Source: Candidatus Binataceae bacterium (GTDB lineage: Bacteria > Desulfobacterota > Binatia > Binatales > Binataceae). From it: a stretch of DNA of 64,000 bases. Location: assembly GCA_963803045.1 (NCBI GenBank), contig CAWDLC010000014.1:114003-178002 (forward strand), in the 5' to 3' direction. The notes under the pieces were generated by a model. It was not told the DNA's origin. It made no database searches and saw only the letters and a program-made list of their open reading frames with translations. The position numbers were made by a program, and so were the translations under genes. Below, piece after piece: positions 60,382 through 64,000 of the stretch. How positions within the stretch are numbered: position 1 is the stretch's first letter; every line of letters begins with the position of its first letter.

Positions 60382-60394
60382 GTTAGATCTTCCG

Positions 60395-61621
60395 ATGCAA
60401 TCCACTCGCTTGTTGCCCGAACAAATACAAGAGGCGCGCCACCGTCTCGACGGGATCATCAAGCCAACACCGCTGATGCGCAGTGCGACGCTCGAGCAAA
60501 TCCTCGACGCGGACGTACGCATCAAGCCCGAAAATTTGCAGAAGACCGGCTCGTTCAAAATTCGTGGCGCCTACAACCGGCTCAGCATGCTCACCGACGA
60601 GCAAAAATCGCGTGGTGTCGTTGCTGCTTCCGCCGGCAATCACGGCCAGGCGCTCGCCTACGCTGCCACTCGGGCGGGCGTGACTGCGACGATCGTGATG
60701 CCGACCACGGCCGCGATTGCCAAAATCGACGCGACCCGCAGCTATGGCCAGTCGGTCGTGCTCGAAGGCGTTGACTATCAGGCGGCGCACGCGGCGGCGG
60801 TAAAGATGTGCGACGAATGCGGTGCGAGCTTCATCGACGCGTATGACGATCCCGATGTGATCGCGGGGCAGGGCACCGTCGGAATGGAAATCGCCGACGA
60901 AGTTACCCCCGACGTGGTGATCGTCCCGGTGGGCGGCGGTGGATTGATCGCGGGTATCGCGGCCGCGCTTGCGATGCGCGCTCCCAACGCCGAGGTGATC
61001 GGTGTCGAGGCGGCAGGCTCACCTCAACTGTCCGCGAGTCTCGCCGCCGACGCGCCCGCATCGATCGGCTGTCCGGTAGATACCATCGCCGACGGTCTCG
61101 CCACCGGTCGCATTGGCGCGGTTCCGTTCGAGGTGATGCGCGGTCGCGTCAAACGCGCCGTCACCGTGGATGACTTCGAAATCGGCGAGGCCGTCCTGCT
61201 GATGCTCGAGCGCCTAAAACTTCTCGCCGAAGGCGCCGGCGCCGCCGCGCTTGCGGGCGCACTCAAACTCAAGGACGAGCTGAAGGGCAAAACTGTGGTC
61301 GTGGTCGTGAGCGGGGGGAATATCGACATCAACCTGCTCGATCGGATTATCGGCCACGGACTGGTGAAGGTCGGGCGCCTGTTCCGAGTCGCCGTCGATC
61401 TGCGCGATCGCCCCGGCGAACTCGGTAAACTGCTGTCAGTGGTCGGCGCGACCGGTGCCAATGTTCGCGCGATCGATCACGATCGCACCCGCCGCGACGT
61501 CGCGATCGGCGCTGCCCGCGTGATGCTTGAATTGGAGACCCGCGGGCCCGCGCATATCGACTTGATCCGCGAGCAACTGAAACTCGACGGCTACGACTTT
61601 ACGGTCCCTGCCCTCGGCTGA
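60395..61621 (+). CDS. ilvA: threonine ammonia-lyase (PLP) with C-terminal ACT-like domain
   Basis: PTPLMRS, SFKIRGA (PLP Lys), SAGNHGQ, GGGGLIAG. Confidence 0.85.
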   Translation: MQSTRLLPEQIQEARHRLDGIIKPTPLMRSATLEQILDADVRIKPENLQKTGSFKIRGAYNRLSMLTDEQKSRGVVAASAGNHGQALAYAATRAGVTATIVMPTTAAIAKIDATRSYGQSVVLEGVDYQAAHAAAVKMCDECGASFIDAYDDPDVIAGQGTVGMEIADEVTPDVVIVPVGGGGLIAGIAAALAMRAPNAEVIGVEAAGSPQLSASLAADAPASIGCPVDTIADGLATGRIGAVPFEVMRGRVKRAVTVDDFEIGEAVLLMLERLKLLAEGAGAAALAGALKLKDELKGKTVVVVVSGGNIDINLLDRIIGHGLVKVGRLFRVAVDLRDRPGELGKLLSVVGATGANVRAIDHDRTRRDVAIGAARVMLELETRGPAHIDLIREQLKLDGYDFTVPALG

Positions 61622-61625
61622 CGGA

Positions 61626-62600
61626 CTACGTGAACATCGCGGCGATGCCCGTCGGTTTCACCATCTTGCCCGCTGGTTTCATCGAATGCGCCAGCGCCTC
61701 GAGCTTCTGCTTGAACTCTTTCATCTCGGCCGCCAGCTTCGCTTCGAACGCCGCCGCGTCGCGCGCCGGCTTGCGCTCGAATGCCTCCCGCTCCGCCCGT
61801 CGCCGATTGTAGAAGCCCTCGAAGGTCTCCTTCACCGCCCGGTACATCGCGGTCTTCGGCACGAACGATCCCAAGCATGACGGGCAATGGAACACCACGC
61901 CCTGCTCGAACAGCCGATACGGAATCGTCCACGGCTTGTTGCAATCCTTGCAGATGACGGGCACTTCCCACGCGAGCGGATTGAATTCTGCGCTCTGCGC
62001 CGAAGTTGCCGCGATCGCTACCGGCGCGATCGCCACCGGCGCAGCCGCTGCTGGCGCTACCGCCGTCGCTGGCGCGGGCTTGGGTGCCGGCGCTGGCGCC
62101 GCTGCTGGCGCAGCCGCCGGCGCTGGCTTGGGTGCGGGCGCTGCTGGCGTCACAGCAGGCTTCGCAACCGCCGGCGCTGGCGCTGCTGCTGGCGCCACTA
62201 CAGGTTTCGCAGCCGCTGCTGGCGCTGGCTTGGGCGCGACCGCTGCGGGCGCGCCGGTGGCGACACCCTCTTTGCGAAAGCGCGACGGCGCGTCGTCGGG
62301 GAACGTCTCGTCGGGATGCAACTGCCGGGTGCGCGCGAGCAGCACGCCTTCGCTCTCCAGATTAGCCGGGTCGGGGATGCAGCAATCTACCGGACATGCC
62401 GCCGCGCACGCTTCATGGTCGTAAAAGCCGACGCATTCGGTGCACTTCGACGGCACGATGTAATAGATGTCCTGCGCGATCGCAGGACTCGTCACGCCGC
62501 CCTGCTCCCACGGCACTCCGCCCGCGTAAATCGCCGCGTTCGGACATTCCGGCTCGCACGCTCCGCAATTGATGCATTCGCTCGTGATCGTCGTTGCCAT
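61626..62600 (-). CDS. 2x[4Fe-4S] ferredoxin fused to an Ala/Pro-rich linker and a C-terminal CxxC...CxxC zinc-ribbon plus coiled-coil region
   Basis: CINCGACEPECP and CTECVGFYDHEACAAACPVDC. About 110-aa AP(K) low-complexity linker. CKDCNKPW...HCPSC. Confidence 0.75.
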   Translation of the reverse strand: MATTITSECINCGACEPECPNAAIYAGGVPWEQGGVTSPAIAQDIYYIVPSKCTECVGFYDHEACAAACPVDCCIPDPANLESEGVLLARTRQLHPDETFPDDAPSRFRKEGVATGAPAAVAPKPAPAAAAKPVVAPAAAPAPAVAKPAVTPAAPAPKPAPAAAPAAAPAPAPKPAPATAVAPAAAAPVAIAPVAIAATSAQSAEFNPLAWEVPVICKDCNKPWTIPYRLFEQGVVFHCPSCLGSFVPKTAMYRAVKETFEGFYNRRRAEREAFERKPARDAAAFEAKLAAEMKEFKQKLEALAHSMKPAGKMVKPTGIAAMFT

Positions 62601-62806
62601 CTCGTGGTTCCCGGTCTATCGAAAAAACTGGAATGTGATCGACCTCAAACTCTAACAACGCCGATTTGACCGGGCAATCGCTCTCCAGCCGTGGCTCCCG
62701 CCTTCGATGCGCGCTTTTCGCGGCGACGTGGTTTTGACTATGCTGGGCGCGGAACCGCGGTACGCCCGACGCGAAACGCAATCACGGCCGCAGGAGTGTC
62801 TCGCAT

Positions 62807-63994
62807 ATGGATCTTCAATTCACGTCAGAAGAAGAAGCATTTCGACTAAAGGTCCGCAACTGGCTCGCCGAGAACGTGCCGACGAGCGGCCTGTCGAGCG
62901 AACGCGAGGGCCGCGACGACAAGATCTGGCTCGCTAAGTCCAAGGCCTGGCAGCGCAGACTGAATGACGCCGGCTACGTCGCGCTCGCATGGCCCAAGGA
63001 ATACGGCGGCCAGGCGATGGATCCCGTGCGGCAATCGATCGTCAACGACGAGATGGTCCGGGCGAAGGCGCCGAATCTCGCCGGCGGATTGGGACTGGCG
63101 ATGCTCGGGCCGACGCTTATCTCGTGGGGCAACGAGGAACAGAAGCAGCGCTACCTGCCGAAAATTCTTACCGCCGAAGAAATCTGGTGCCAGGGTTACT
63201 CCGAACCCGGCGCGGGTTCCGACCTCGCTTCGCTGAAGACGCGCGCGGAAATCGTCGGCGATGAGTTCGTCGTCAACGGCCAGAAAGTCTGGACCTCCGG
63301 CGCGCAATACGCCGACATGATGTTCTGCCTGGTGCGCACCGACCCCGAAGCGCCCAAGCATCGCGGCATTTCATACATCCTCATCGACATGCATGCGCCG
63401 GGGATTACCGTGCGTCCTCTCGTTCAGATGACCGGCGATCGCGGCTTCAATGAAGTCTTCTTCGACAACGTCCGCGTGCCGCGCAAGAATCTGGTCGCCA
63501 AGCTCAACGAAGGATGGATCGTCGCCAACGCGACGCTCTTTCACGAGCGCAACATGCTCGGCTCCGCCAGCGGCAGCGAGCAGCGCTTCAATCGCCTGCT
63601 CGCACTTGCCAAATCGGTCAAGCGCGGAGGCCGTCCGCTCACCGAGGACCCCGTCTTCCGCCAACGGCTGGTGGAGCTGGAGATCCGCGTCGAGGCGATG
63701 CGCTATCACTCGCTGCGCCAACTGACCGATCAGATTCGCGGCAAGAATCCGGGCGTCGAGGCAATGATCAACAAGCTCGTCGGCACCGAGCTGAATCACG
63801 ACCTCGCCACCGCCGCGATGGAGGCGATGGGCGACTACTCGATGCTCTCGCGCGACGACGAAGCCGTGCTCGATCACGGCTACTGGCCGTACGAGTGGAT
63901 GTTCTCGCTCGGGCTGGTGATCGGCGGCGGTACGTCGCACATCCAGAAAAACATCATCGCGGAGCGCGGCCTCAAAATGCCGAAATCCCGCTGA
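62807..63994 (+). CDS. acyl-CoA dehydrogenase
   Basis: WCQGYSEPGAGSDLASL, GQKVWTSGA, GGGTSHIQKNIIAERGL. Confidence 0.9.
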   Translation: MDLQFTSEEEAFRLKVRNWLAENVPTSGLSSEREGRDDKIWLAKSKAWQRRLNDAGYVALAWPKEYGGQAMDPVRQSIVNDEMVRAKAPNLAGGLGLAMLGPTLISWGNEEQKQRYLPKILTAEEIWCQGYSEPGAGSDLASLKTRAEIVGDEFVVNGQKVWTSGAQYADMMFCLVRTDPEAPKHRGISYILIDMHAPGITVRPLVQMTGDRGFNEVFFDNVRVPRKNLVAKLNEGWIVANATLFHERNMLGSASGSEQRFNRLLALAKSVKRGGRPLTEDPVFRQRLVELEIRVEAMRYHSLRQLTDQIRGKNPGVEAMINKLVGTELNHDLATAAMEAMGDYSMLSRDDEAVLDHGYWPYEWMFSLGLVIGGGTSHIQKNIIAERGLKMPKSR

Positions 63995-64000
63995 GCCGGC

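Overview
High-GC bacterial chromosomal segment with about 70 protein genes. I found no rRNA, tRNA, CRISPR array, transposase or phage genes, and the only recombinase is a xerC-type gene. Most of the window is housekeeping: rpoD; a B-family DNA polymerase; a BtuFCD-like ABC importer; ispH; moaB plus a fused moaD-moaE; csp; biotin carboxylase plus BCCP; a glmU-glmS operon; and xerC-hslVU followed by the biosynthetic run argB-argD-argF-argG-argH-lysA-dapF-dapA ... hisH-hisF-ribH. Points worth a second look. (1) A glmS ribozyme lies between glmU and glmS on the minus strand. (2) Two blocks look inserted into conserved gene order and are bounded by direct repeats that copy neighbouring gene ends. 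One is a DUF3300/DUF2950 pair behind polB, followed by a second, diverged copy of the polB 3' end. The other is a 4.5-kb lipoprotein / sigma-54 activator / APC-USP permease block between dapA and hisH. (3) A lower-GC islet at about 57.2-60.4 kb holds orphan genes, including a HEPN-like protein translationally coupled to an unrecognisable 289-aa partner. This is the best candidate here for an undescribed two-gene module. (4) There are unusual fusions: EtfB-EtfA, MoaD-MoaE, and a ferredoxin joined to an Ala/Pro linker and a zinc ribbon. (5) Reading-frame breaks are strikingly dense in otherwise well-conserved essential genes: glmS x2, glmU about x6, xerC x2, hslU, argF, hisF, the sigma-54 activator, a metallophosphoesterase and probably the rpoD 3' end. 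Several can be traced to short homopolymer runs, so assembly indels are more likely than real gene decay. All family calls come from motifs read by eye; no database search was run.
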